From the NCBI GenBank assembly GCA_000993205.1, contig LBVU01000003.1:21820-85819 (forward strand): 64,000 nucleotides of DNA. The letters run 5' to 3'. Positions 19,279 through 28,298 of the stretch are shown piece after piece. The translations under genes and the position numbers were made by a program. Origin of the DNA: Candidatus Woesebacteria bacterium GW2011_GWB1_39_10. GTDB taxonomy: Bacteria > Patescibacteriota > Microgenomatia > UBA8517. The notes under the pieces are model-generated. The model had not been told where the DNA came from and did not search any database. It saw nothing but the letters and a program-made list of their open reading frames with translations. The first letter of the stretch is position 1; every line of letters begins with the position of its first letter.

Positions 19279-19701
19279 CGTCATTGCGAACGAAGTGAAG
19301 CAATCCGGTTTAGATTGCTTCGTCGCAGACTCCTCGCAATGACATAACATAGTCGCTCGCAATGACACACGGATTATGACTAAGTATTATTATATTTACA
19401 TAATTACAAATGTTAAAAATACAGTTTTATACACAGGGGTAACTGGAAACTTAGTAGCCAGAATTTATCATCACAAAAATAAATCAGTATCTTCATTCAG
19501 TAATAAATACAATTTAAACAAACTTGTGTATTACAAAGTTTATGAAGATGTGAATTCGGCCATTGCCAGGGAAAAACAAATCAAGGCTGGGAGTAGAAAA
19601 AAGAAAATAGATTTAATTATTAATTTCAATCCTGAATGGAAAGATTTATACGATACTTTATCTTAAATGGAGACAGATTGCTTCGCCTTGTTCGCAATGA
19701 C
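19279..19701 (+). mobile_element. Putative repeat-flanked GIY-YIG nuclease element
   Basis: GTCATTGCGA..GAAGCAATC unit at 19279-19305, inverted units at 19313-19343, 19352-19366 (partial) and 19676-19701, surrounding an AT-rich nuclease gene. Confidence 0.65.
19376..19666 (+). CDS. Stand-alone GIY-YIG nuclease (YhbQ/UPF0213-like)
   Basis: YYIYI..N..NTVLYTGVT.NL.AR..HH, AIAREKQIK and NPEWKDL motifs. Confidence 0.92.
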   Translation: MTKYYYIYIITNVKNTVLYTGVTGNLVARIYHHKNKSVSSFSNKYNLNKLVYYKVYEDVNSAIAREKQIKAGSRKKKIDLIINFNPEWKDLYDTLS

Positions 19702-19729
19702 ACCACCTATTCACTTGCCACGACATTTT

Positions 19730-20350
19730 TTAATCCAACAATTCATTTCCAACAACTTTGCTAACAATACTCCACCCAAACCCTTTCCCTGCCAAATACT
19801 GTGACATTTTTTGTTTAGCAATTCTGGGTTCCAAGTTTTTCCACTTATACATTTTTCGCTCGATTAATTCTTTGGCCATTTTTTCTTCATCCACTTTAGT
19901 ACCATCTAAAACGTTTTCTATAATTTCTTTGACAATTCCTTTTTGTGTAAGTTCAATTTTTAGAATTCTGGTTGGTTTGGGTTTAAAATTCTGGCGCTGG
20001 TCAACCCACCACTTGGCAAATTTGAGGTCGTCTAAAAGTTCAAAATGTTTAAGTTTAGAAAGAAGTTCTTCCCACATACTTTCGTGGACTTTTTTACGCC
20101 TAAAATAATCCGTCACTTCTTTTTCGCTTCTGGGCCTAAGAGTTGCAAACCTCAAAAGCTTGTCTAAAGTTTTTTGAAACTCGGCTTTTTTTACAACCTC
20201 TTCCACTTCTTTTTCCGTAAGTTCCTGATCAACTTTTAGATGAAGCAGGACAAAGTTGTCCAGATCGATCCCGAATCCGAATTTGTCATCCAAATAAACA
20301 TTTACTCGATTTTTAGCTTTTTGTTGCTTGATGGAAGTGATGATGGGCAT
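19730..20350 (-). CDS. recX: Regulatory protein RecX
   Basis: RPRSEKE, LLDDLKFA.WW, EL.QKG and YLAGKGF motifs; directly downstream of recA. Confidence 0.9.
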   Translation of the reverse strand: MPIITSIKQQKAKNRVNVYLDDKFGFGIDLDNFVLLHLKVDQELTEKEVEEVVKKAEFQKTLDKLLRFATLRPRSEKEVTDYFRRKKVHESMWEELLSKLKHFELLDDLKFAKWWVDQRQNFKPKPTRILKIELTQKGIVKEIIENVLDGTKVDEEKMAKELIERKMYKWKNLEPRIAKQKMSQYLAGKGFGWSIVSKVVGNELLD

Positions 20351-20354
20351 TTTG

Positions 20355-20405
20355 AAAGGGTCGGACCTTATCAAAACCTTTCAGCCTAAAAAGGTCCGAC
20401 CCTTT
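20355..20405. repeat. Inverted pair AAAGGGTCGGACCTT / AAGGTCCGACCCTTT (family E)
   Basis: 15-bp perfect inverted repeat in the recA-recX spacer. Confidence 0.85.
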
Positions 20406-20416
20406 TAGACCCAACC

Positions 20417-21505
20417 CTATTCTTCTTTGTCTTCCGTCTCACCAATTTCTTTTGGCAGGGGTTTGCCGGAGGCTACAACTTCGCGGATTTTTTTATCTAT
20501 TTCGTCGGCTACTTTGGGATTATCTTTTAGATAAAGTTTTGCGGCTTCTTTACCTTGAGCAATGGGCTTGCCCCCGTAATTAAAGAAGGATCCGTTCTTG
20601 CCAATTAATCCCAACTCAAGACCCACATCCAGTATTCCCCCAAATCTACTTATTCCTTCCGTTTCCATTATGTCAAATTCCGCAACCCTAAGTGGGGGTG
20701 CGCATTTGTTTTTGACTATTCTTGCCCTGTGGCGTGAACCAATTACTTTTTCGCCGTCTTTGAGAACTTCAATTCTTCTTAGGTCTATGCGGACTGATGA
20801 ATAAAATTTGAGAGCCAAGCCTCCCGGGGTTGTCTCGGGATTGCCAAACATAACTCCGATTTTTTGGCGAAGTTGGTTGGTGAATATAAGAACCGTTTTT
20901 GATTTTGAAATTGCGCCGGTAAGTTTTCTCAAAGCCTGACTCATAAGACGGGCCTGCATCCCCATAACTGCGTCCCCCATTTCACCTTCAAGTTCCGCTC
21001 TTGGAACTAGTGCGGCAACAGAGTCCACCACAACCACGTCGATTGCGCCGGAACGAATTAAGGTTTCAGTTATCTCCAAGGCTTGTTCACCGGTATCCGG
21101 CTGGGACATTAAAAGATTATCGAGGTCCACCCCAAGAGTTTCGGCACGAACAGGGTCGAGTGCGTGTTCTGCGTCTACAAAAGCGCATTGCCCGCCTAGC
21201 TTTTGAGCTTGGGCAATTACTGAAAGGGCCAACGTAGTTTTACCAGAGGCTTCAGGACCGTAAACTTCTATAATGCGCCCTCTTGGAAACCCTCCAATAC
21301 CAAGAGCAAGGTCAACCGCGATGGAGCCTGTGGAAATTACATCGAATTTAAATTTCTCGCCGCTATCTCCGCCGAGACGCATAATACTTCCCTTACCGTA
21401 TTGCTTTTCGATTTGATCCATCGCCAAACGAATCGCCGCAAGTTTTTGTGTGCCGCCTTCTTGTTTAGTTGGAGCCTCAGTTTCGGGTTTTTTGTGTTTC
21501 ACCAT
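20417..21505 (-). CDS. recA: Recombinase RecA
   Basis: [25 protein letters not shown] and GNPETTPGG motifs. Confidence 0.98.
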   Translation of the reverse strand: MVKHKKPETEAPTKQEGGTQKLAAIRLAMDQIEKQYGKGSIMRLGGDSGEKFKFDVISTGSIAVDLALGIGGFPRGRIIEVYGPEASGKTTLALSVIAQAQKLGGQCAFVDAEHALDPVRAETLGVDLDNLLMSQPDTGEQALEITETLIRSGAIDVVVVDSVAALVPRAELEGEMGDAVMGMQARLMSQALRKLTGAISKSKTVLIFTNQLRQKIGVMFGNPETTPGGLALKFYSSVRIDLRRIEVLKDGEKVIGSRHRARIVKNKCAPPLRVAEFDIMETEGISRFGGILDVGLELGLIGKNGSFFNYGGKPIAQGKEAAKLYLKDNPKVADEIDKKIREVVASGKPLPKEIGETEDKEE

Positions 21506-21572
21506 TACGCTACATTTGTACTATGGCACCAAACAAAATGCAAGAAGTAAAATAAAAGTGAAGTCGACCTAT

Positions 21573-21646
21573 TGGTCGGGGTGCTGAGAATTGAACTCAG
21601 TCCGGACGCACCCCATGCGCCCATTCTACCGGTAAACTACACCCCG
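21573..21646 (-). tRNA. tRNA-Pro(GGG) with encoded CCA
   Basis: CGGGGTG acceptor stem, anticodon loop ATGGGGT, GTTCAATTC T-loop and 3' ACCA. Confidence 0.95.
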
Positions 21647-21715
21647 CTCATGCGTATTTTACCACGAGGCGCTTTAAATGCCGAGTGGCAAGCTTTGCTT
21701 ATCAGAAAAGAGAAG

Positions 21716-21977
21716 TTATTCCCAACCGAATTCAACGAAAGAAATTCCGTCTTTGTAGTTTTCAATCACTTCCCTAACGTGAGGCAGAGTATGTTCGGGC
21801 AAATTATTAATTGGGAACCAACTCATATCGTCAGACTTATTTAACTCTTTGATGATTGGTTCCCCTTCCCATTTTTCGGCAATAAAAAAGAAGTCCATAT
21901 ATTCCATACCATCGTCGGACATTCTATGAAGCACCTTTAACGATTTCATATCTCTTTTTAAAACTTTTATCTGGCAT
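21716..21977 (-). pseudogene. NUDIX hydrolase remnant (C-terminal half, Nudix box missing)
   Basis: HR..DFFF.A.KWEGEP...E..K.DDMSWF pattern; an out-of-frame ATG at 21977 follows TGATATACT. Confidence 0.7.
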
Positions 21978-22046
21978 TTCTGAAGTATATCAAAAACATA
22001 AGAATTGGGGTATTTAGGGAGATTGGGGTGATTGGTGAACTACAAA

Positions 22047-22754
22047 TTATTTCGGGCAGTTGGGTTCTTTCTTAATAAAACCCGCGGATTTTGCTTCGCT
22101 TACCGTGCAAAACCAATCTTCTCCGCGAAATCTTTCAACCAGCGCCTGACCATAATTTGCGCACCCAGGAACAGTATAAGTATTACCATCTCCATGATAT
22201 GAAACTTGACCCTTAACTACGCAGCCAACTTTAGGGGGCTTACTTGGCGAGCATTTTTCAGAATAAATGCCAATTTTATTATCTCTAGCATAATTATTTG
22301 CATCGTTAATTATTTTAGATTCACTATTTCCAAAGCCATGATCGGATGCCAATCCATTCTTGGCCATGTATTCGTTTATGAATTCGCCATCCAAATAAAC
22401 ATATGCTTGAACTCGCTTGTAATAATCTGTCCTGGGAGATTTTAAAATAACTTTTTTACCTAAAATCTTTTTTTCCAAAGCCTCTTTTGCCTCTTTCCCA
22501 AAACAATATTCCAAAGCAGGGGCGTCAATACCAAAGAAACGTATACTTTGGCGATTTGCAATCGTAAAAGTGTCGCCGTCAATAATACTGGTGACAATTT
22601 CTCCCGGGTTAATAACTCGCTTGGCAACCCCAACACTGCCTGCAATAATAGCAACAGCTCCTGCAGTAATAGCAATTTTTTTCAAATTATTGTTAGGGTG
22701 TTTGGGGGATTTAGCCCTTCGACTTCGCTCAGGATCTTTAGAGAGCTTTGACAT
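22047..22754 (-). CDS. Thermonuclease-like protein with Cys-rich C-terminal domain
   Basis: TM helix; DGDT and IRFFGIDAP motifs; C-terminal C.VKG...PGC..Y...WFCT..EA..AGF. Confidence 0.85.
   Translation of the reverse strand: MSKLSKDPERSRRAKSPKHPNNNLKKIAITAGAVAIIAGSVGVAKRVINPGEIVTSIIDGDTFTIANRQSIRFFGIDAPALEYCFGKEAKEALEKKILGKKVILKSPRTDYYKRVQAYVYLDGEFINEYMAKNGLASDHGFGNSESKIINDANNYARDNKIGIYSEKCSPSKPPKVGCVVKGQVSYHGDGNTYTVPGCANYGQALVERFRGEDWFCTVSEAKSAGFIKKEPNCPK
22716..22739. repeat. Family A palindrome, in-frame in the second thermonuclease
   Basis: 24/24 identical to 1965-1988. Confidence 0.85.
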
Positions 22755-22802
22755 TAATTAATGGTATCATTTTCCCTAAACCAACAAAAATCAAAGTTTG
22801 TG

Positions 22803-22836
22803 TTTTGCTACAGTGATACATAGCACTGTAGCAAAA
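22803..22836. promoter_or_regulatory. Palindromic operator-like site, copy 1
   Basis: TTTTGCTACAGTG-ATACATAG-CACTGTAGCAAAA between divergent genes; recurs at 32356 and 32961. Confidence 0.75.
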
Positions 22837-22864
22837 GGATATTGGGTTGTGATAAAATTAAGTC

Positions 22865-23335
22865 GTGATAAAGGCTTTTCTCTTTGACTTTTCCAGAACT
22901 TTACTTTTTCCCAAAGATAAGAATTACACTGGCGGATTAAATAGTCTTCATAAGGGGTTATCTGAAAATGCTAATTACAGATTTTTAGACAATTTCGAGT
23001 TAAACAAAGAGTTGATGGACTATCTTTTTTCGATAAAAGAAAAAATGTCGATTTATATGTTTACTTCTGAAACGATACAGGAAACGCCAGAAATAAAAAG
23101 CGGCGTTTCAAAAGTTTTTTCCAGAATATTTTCTGCCAAAGAAATGGGGATGGATAAAAAAGATCCTGAAACTTACAAGTTTATTTCTAACGAATTAAAA
23201 CTTGAACCAAATGAAATTGTTTTTGTAGACGACAATTCTAAAAACATTGAAGCAGCAAAAAAAGCAGGGATAAATGTTTTTCAATATAAAAATAACTCTG
23301 TTATTGACAATTTAGAGGAAATTAGGGGATTCTAA
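22865..23335 (+). CDS. HAD-superfamily hydrolase
   Basis: FDFSRTL, K.DPETY and FVDD...NIEAA..AG motifs. Confidence 0.88.
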   Translation: MIKAFLFDFSRTLLFPKDKNYTGGLNSLHKGLSENANYRFLDNFELNKELMDYLFSIKEKMSIYMFTSETIQETPEIKSGVSKVFSRIFSAKEMGMDKKDPETYKFISNELKLEPNEIVFVDDNSKNIEAAKKAGINVFQYKNNSVIDNLEEIRGF

Positions 23336-23348
23336 AGGACTACAAATT

Positions 23349-23759
23349 TTAACGCTTCGGGCTTTGTCTCTTTCTGCGGGATTTTCCACCCATTCCAACC
23401 ATCCTTCGTTGGCGGACACGGGAGTCGCGGGTTAACAATTTGAGTTTTCTGAGGACCACTCTGTTTTTTTCCGGGGCAATTTTAAGTAAGGCGCGGGACA
23501 GGGCAAGAACTAGAGCTGAAAGCTGTCCGTTTTTGCCTCCACCGGTAACGCGACCAGAATAATAATACTTGTCGGAAGTTTCTGTTGCTCCAAACGGTTT
23601 TGTTAGTGTTTTTGCATTAACCTCTCCCTCAAAATATTTGTTCCAAGGCATTCCGTTAACCGTGTTTTCCCCTTTTCCATGATAAACTCTGACCCTTGCC
23701 TGAGAAGTCTTTCTTCTTCCTACTCCATACAAATAGTCAATTTTCTTAAGTTTAGCCAT
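23349..23759 (-). CDS. rpsI: 30S ribosomal protein S9
   Basis: GRRKT, GGGKNGQ and C-terminal PKR. Confidence 0.96.
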   Translation of the reverse strand: MAKLKKIDYLYGVGRRKTSQARVRVYHGKGENTVNGMPWNKYFEGEVNAKTLTKPFGATETSDKYYYSGRVTGGGKNGQLSALVLALSRALLKIAPEKNRVVLRKLKLLTRDSRVRQRRMVGMGGKSRRKRQSPKR

Positions 23760-23760
23760 C

Positions 23761-24153
23761 TTATTTTTTATCCCCTATTACCACCGTCAGCCTCTTCATT
23801 CTTTCTGCCTTCAATTTATTGTCAGGGAGCATCCCTTCGACAGCGTGCTCAAGCACGCGCTCAGGGTGAACTTCCATCATTCTTGCATATTTTACCTCTT
23901 TGAAACCACCGGGGTAACCGGAGTGACTTTGATAAACTTTTTGTTGGGCCTTCCTGCCTGTTACAACCACCTTGTCTGCATTTGTCACGATTATTTTGTC
24001 TCCCGAATCCATATGACGGCTGTAAGTAGCTTTGTCTTTACCCATGAGTCCTATGGCAATTTCGGTTGCGATTCTCCCTAAAACTTTTCCACCCGCATCG
24101 ATTGTGCGTGTGTCTCTTTTTACTTCTTTTTTTGTAGGTTGAAATGTCCTCAT
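23761..24153 (-). CDS. rplM: 50S ribosomal protein L13
   Basis: LGRIAT, HSGYPGG and AVEGMLP motifs. Confidence 0.96.
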   Translation of the reverse strand: MRTFQPTKKEVKRDTRTIDAGGKVLGRIATEIAIGLMGKDKATYSRHMDSGDKIIVTNADKVVVTGRKAQQKVYQSHSGYPGGFKEVKYARMMEVHPERVLEHAVEGMLPDNKLKAERMKRLTVVIGDKK

Positions 24154-24608
24154 TATTTAAGTTTCTCCTTTACTTTTACTGTCTTTTTGATTTTTTCCGC
24201 TTTTTTGAGTGTTTTTTCTTTCTTAGTTTTTAATTCTTCGTTTTTAATTATAGTCTCCGTCCATTCCATTCTAACCACCTGCGCATTGTCCCCTTTACGC
24301 CTAGGAAGAGAAATTATTCTTGTAAACCCGGATGTTCTTGACACAAAAACCGGAACTACATTTTTAAACAATGCTTCCAGCGCATCTTTGGAATTGTCGA
24401 GACTTGCCAAAATCCTACGCCTGCCGGATAGTTCCCCTTTTTTTGCCAATGTAACAAACTTTTCCAAATCGGGCTGAACCGCCTTTGCTTTTGCTCGGGT
24501 AGTTACTATTTTTCCACTTAACATCATGGCCCGCGCAAGAGAAGCAAACAATGCTTCACGAGCTGGCCTACTTCGGGAAAGCTTTCTTCCGAACACCTTT
24601 TTGTTCAT
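24153..24608 (-). CDS. rplQ: 50S ribosomal protein L17 with Lys-rich tail
   Basis: GRKLSR, TT.AKAK, SGFTRI and RRKGDNA motifs. Confidence 0.95.
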   Translation of the reverse strand: MNKKVFGRKLSRSRPAREALFASLARAMMLSGKIVTTRAKAKAVQPDLEKFVTLAKKGELSGRRRILASLDNSKDALEALFKNVVPVFVSRTSGFTRIISLPRRKGDNAQVVRMEWTETIIKNEELKTKKEKTLKKAEKIKKTVKVKEKLK

Positions 24609-24614
24609 ATTGTG

Positions 24615-25532
24615 TTACTTGATCGCGAGAAACTCGACCCCTTTGGTTCCGAGCGCGGCTGCGATTATTTTGAGGGACTTTTCACCCAAGTTTCTAACAT
24701 TTACAAGATCTTCCTTCTTGGCATAGGCAAGTTCCTCAACTGTCTCAAATCCCGCTTTTATAAGAGCGTTTGCAACCCTTGTAGGAAGACCTATCTCTTC
24801 TACAGAAAGTTTACCGACTAGGCCTAAGTCATCTTTCTTTTCGATTTCTGCCTTTTCAACTTTCTTGGGATTTAAGATCTGGCCAAAATATGAAAGTAAA
24901 ATTTTTGCCGATTCGGTTAAGGCAACTTCCGGGTCCATTGTTCCATCAGTCCAAATTTCCAAAGAAAGTTTGTCATAATTCGTAAGTCTTCCAACACGGG
25001 TTTCCTCGATTTTGTAACTCACACGTTTGACAGGGGAGAAAGAGGCGTCGACCGGAATCATTCCAATTGTTTCTGCTGGACGTTCTTCCGCAAGCGAGTA
25101 GCCGGTTCCTTTTTCGATTGTTAATTCGGCCTGAATTTTGGAGCCTTTATTGAGTGTCCCCAAAATCTGATCAGGGTTTGCTACGGCCACTCCGGAACCG
25201 ACCTTAATATCCTTGGCTGTAAACTGACCACTTTTGGATACCTCAATAGTAGCCTTTACAGGCTTCTCAAAATCTCCTGAAAATCTAACTTTTTTAAGAT
25301 TGAGAACAAACTCAACAATGTCTTCTTTCATGCCCGCAAGTGTTGAAAACTGGTGTTTAACACCGGAGATTTTGACAGAAGTCACGGCAATTCCCGAAAG
25401 AGAAGTTAAAAGAACACGGCGAAGAGAATTTCCTACGGTCAAACCATATCCCCGCTCCAAAGGAGTAATTACGAACTTTCCGTAATCTGCGCTTTTCTCT
25501 TCTTCTTTAATTTCAAACATTGGATCATTCAT
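24615..25532 (-). CDS. rpoA: RNA polymerase alpha subunit
   Basis: PLERGYGLTVGNSLRRVLL, DASFSPV and NLGEKSL motifs. Confidence 0.97.
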   Translation of the reverse strand: MNDPMFEIKEEEKSADYGKFVITPLERGYGLTVGNSLRRVLLTSLSGIAVTSVKISGVKHQFSTLAGMKEDIVEFVLNLKKVRFSGDFEKPVKATIEVSKSGQFTAKDIKVGSGVAVANPDQILGTLNKGSKIQAELTIEKGTGYSLAEERPAETIGMIPVDASFSPVKRVSYKIEETRVGRLTNYDKLSLEIWTDGTMDPEVALTESAKILLSYFGQILNPKKVEKAEIEKKDDLGLVGKLSVEEIGLPTRVANALIKAGFETVEELAYAKKEDLVNVRNLGEKSLKIIAAALGTKGVEFLAIK

Positions 25533-25583
25533 TTTTCTTTCAAAATACAGTCCCTACTTAAGGGACTAGGGTGTATTATAATC

Positions 25584-26192
25584 CTACCTGCTGTAGAATT
25601 CAACTATATCTTGTTCACTGATAGGTTCGACTATGTCTGCTCTTACGGGAGCCTTGACAATCTTGCCGACAGCAGCTTTCCGGTCAAGCCAGCCGGGTAA
25701 AGTAAAGTCTTCTTTATCTAGTTTGTCTAGAGTGCTCTTAACCTCAGGGATTGCGATAGCCTTGGAATCAATCCCAACAGTGTCCCCAACTTTAACTTTA
25801 TACGAAGGAATGTTCAATTTTTTGCCGTTAACCAAAACATGTCTGTGAGACACGAGCTGTCTGGCTGCCGGACGGCTGGGAGCAAAACCAAGTCTGAATA
25901 CCACATTGTCCAAACGTTCTTCAAGGCTAATCAACAGGGCTTCCCCTGTATTTCCCCTGGTTTTTGCGGCCTCATCAACATATCTCCTAAACTGAGCCTC
26001 CATTAAACCGTAAATCCTTTTTACCTTTTGTTTTTCCCTAAGCTGTCTGCCAAATTGGGAAGATCCGCGGGTTCCTTTGGCTCCATGAACGCCGGGAGGC
26101 ACGTTAAGCCTGGTAAGCTTTGTGCCCGCGCTAAAAATATCAAAGTTTTCCCGTCTGCTTAGTCTGTCTTTTGGTCCTGTATATCTTGCCAT
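25584..26192 (-). CDS. rpsD: 30S ribosomal protein S4
   Basis: MARYTGP, LREKQK, ERLDNVVFR and IVEFYSR motifs. Confidence 0.97.
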   Translation of the reverse strand: MARYTGPKDRLSRRENFDIFSAGTKLTRLNVPPGVHGAKGTRGSSQFGRQLREKQKVKRIYGLMEAQFRRYVDEAAKTRGNTGEALLISLEERLDNVVFRLGFAPSRPAARQLVSHRHVLVNGKKLNIPSYKVKVGDTVGIDSKAIAIPEVKSTLDKLDKEDFTLPGWLDRKAAVGKIVKAPVRADIVEPISEQDIVEFYSR

Positions 26193-26299
26193 GGTTCGAT
26201 TCGTTTCACTCACTCACCACTATAGTCCCGATTCGCTCCTTCCTGTTTGTTTTAAATTCTTAATTCTTAATTCGTAATTCATAATTCATAATTCTTCTT

Positions 26300-26707
26300 T
26301 TATACTCTTCGTTTCTTCTTCGGTCTTGGTCCGTTGTGCGGAACCGGTGTAACGTCAGCTATTAAAGCTATCTTAACTCCCGTTGCGCGTATTGCGCGAA
26401 GCGCGGCATCGCGACCGGGGCCAGGACCTTTAACATAAACTTCAACCTCGTCAACACCGTGTTCATTTTTAGCTTTGCCAAGTACTTTTTCAACTGCGGT
26501 CGTTGCAGCGTAAGGTGTTGATTTTCTGGTCCCTTTAAACCCCGAGGCGCCCGATGAACCCCAGGCCAAAGTTTCTCCCCGCACGTTCGTTACGGTCACC
26601 AGAGTATTGTTAAAAGAGGCAGAAATATAAACCTTACCCAACTGGGCCGCGTTTGAGGAGGCGTTTATACCCTTTGCTTTTGTTTTCGCTTTTATTTTTG
26701 TTGCCAT
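26300..26707 (-). CDS. rpsK: 30S ribosomal protein S11
   Basis: SFNNT, KSTPYAA and DVTPVPHNG motifs. Confidence 0.97.
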   Translation of the reverse strand: MATKIKAKTKAKGINASSNAAQLGKVYISASFNNTLVTVTNVRGETLAWGSSGASGFKGTRKSTPYAATTAVEKVLGKAKNEHGVDEVEVYVKGPGPGRDAALRAIRATGVKIALIADVTPVPHNGPRPKKKRRV

Positions 26708-26723
26708 TTACGTTTGTTAAAGT

Positions 26724-27137
26724 TTATTTTTTGGCCTCTTCAGCTTTTCCGGCAGTCATCTTGCTTAACATCTCTTTTTTGAAAGCTCCAACCGTCTTTC
26801 TCTTGCCGCGTTTTGTACGGGCGTTTGTTTTAGTTCTCTGACCTCTCACAGGTAGACCCTTGGTGTGCCTCATTCCACGATACGAACCTATTACTTGCAA
26901 CCTTTGGATATTCCCTCTAACCATTCTAAAAAGATCGCCTTCAATCGAATATTTTTCGAGTTCGGTAGAAATTTTAACAACCTCATCTGCAGAAAGATCG
27001 GAAATCCTCTTTTTGGAGTCAATTCCGGCGTCTTTCATGATTCTTTTGGACAAAGACCATCCTAAACCCTTGACTTTAGTCAGGGCATAATCAACCTTCC
27101 AATTGTCTTGTAATTCGATTCCTGCAATACGTGCCAT
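26724..27137 (-). CDS. rpsM: 30S ribosomal protein S13
   Basis: MARIAG and LPVRGQRTKTNARTKRG motifs. Confidence 0.97.
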   Translation of the reverse strand: MARIAGIELQDNWKVDYALTKVKGLGWSLSKRIMKDAGIDSKKRISDLSADEVVKISTELEKYSIEGDLFRMVRGNIQRLQVIGSYRGMRHTKGLPVRGQRTKTNARTKRGKRKTVGAFKKEMLSKMTAGKAEEAKK

Positions 27138-27195
27138 ATGTGTTTAAATTAAAAGTTTAAAGTTAAAAGTTAAAAATTTTGAATTTTGAACTAGC

Positions 27196-27309
27196 TCACC
27201 CTTGTCTCTGTTTATGCCTCGGGTTTTTACAAACGATATAAAGCACCCCGTGGCGCTTAACAATCTTGCAATCCTTACATCGTGCTTTAATTGAACTTAT
27301 AACTTTCAT
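27196..27309 (-). CDS. rpmJ: 50S ribosomal protein L36, absent from the ORF track
   Basis: [37 protein letters not shown]. Confidence 0.96.
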   Translation of the reverse strand: MKVISSIKARCKDCKIVKRHGVLYIVCKNPRHKQRQG

Positions 27310-27333
27310 ATTCGCTCCTTCCAGTCGCAGTAC

Positions 27334-27549
27334 TTAGTACTTGTAGATAATTCTTCCTCTGGCCTCGTCGTATGGCGTCATTTCCACCTTTACTCTATCG
27401 CCGGGGAATATTCTAACATATGCCCTCCTCATTTTCCCCTTCAAAGTGACCAAGATTAGCCTGCCGTCTGTCAGTTGTACCCGAAACATAGTATTGGGTA
27501 ATGCTTGCAAAACGGCCCCATCAACCTCAACTGTACTTTGGTTTTTCAT
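27334..27549 (-). CDS. infA: Translation initiation factor IF-1
   Basis: LPNTMFRV, GKMR and GDRVKVE..PYD..RGRI motifs. Confidence 0.97.
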   Translation of the reverse strand: MKNQSTVEVDGAVLQALPNTMFRVQLTDGRLILVTLKGKMRRAYVRIFPGDRVKVEMTPYDEARGRIIYKY

Positions 27550-28298
27550 CGAGTGAGAACTAACGCTCCTTCCCCGGTCACCGCAACGGTCTCTTCAAAA
27601 AGTCCTGCTATTTTACCATCAGTCATGGCTATTGTCCACCCGTCTTCCAAAACCTCGACTTTATCGCCCCCCTGGGCATACATTACCTCGACTGCCAAAA
27701 CCATTCCCTCCTTGATTTGAGGGCTATCGGAAATTTTACCCGGAATAAAGCATGGAATCTGAGGATCTTCGTGAAGCTCCCTGCCCACCCCGTGTCCTAC
27801 CAGTGCCTTTATTGTAGTAAAGCCTGCTGCCTCTATGGTCGATTCTATGGCCTGGCTGATATCATATATATAGTTACCGGCCTTAACCTTCGAAATCGCC
27901 TTTTCCAGAGCGTTTTGGCCAATATTGAGGAATTTTTTGTTTTCCGGGTTCAAATTTATTCCAACTGAGGCAGAAGTGTCGGTATGGAAACCCTTAAAAT
28001 GGACCCCAACATCTATACTTACCAAGTCTCCGTCCTTAAAAATCATATCCCGGCTCGGAATTCCGTGGACCAGACCTTCGTTGACATTTATACATGTTGC
28101 CCAAGAATAGCCCGGCACCTTGGCAAAAGAGGCTTCAGCCCCTTCTGCGTGGATCAGATCCATTGCGAGATCTTCGATATCTGAAGCGTGCACCCCGGCT
28201 TTGACAGCCTCTTTGAGGGCATTTTTTACTCGAGCAAGTTTTTTACCCCCCTCGGCCATAATTTGAATTTCCTCCGGAGTTTTGATTTTAATGGCCAT
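27546..28298 (-). CDS. map: Type I methionine aminopeptidase
   Basis: CINVN..VHGIP, SIDVG and GHGVG..LHEDP motifs. Confidence 0.96.
   Translation of the reverse strand: MAIKIKTPEEIQIMAEGGKKLARVKNALKEAVKAGVHASDIEDLAMDLIHAEGAEASFAKVPGYSWATCINVNEGLVHGIPSRDMIFKDGDLVSIDVGVHFKGFHTDTSASVGINLNPENKKFLNIGQNALEKAISKVKAGNYIYDISQAIESTIEAAGFTTIKALVGHGVGRELHEDPQIPCFIPGKISDSPQIKEGMVLAVEVMYAQGGDKVEVLEDGWTIAMTDGKIAGLFEETVAVTGEGALVLTR

Noticed and set aside
21506-21570. LexA box upstream of recA
   Set aside because: No recognisable SOS-box palindrome (CTGT-N8-ACAG or GAAC-N4-GTTC).
21573-21646. tRNA-Pro as an integration site
   Set aside because: No duplicated tRNA 3' end and no integrase found nearby.
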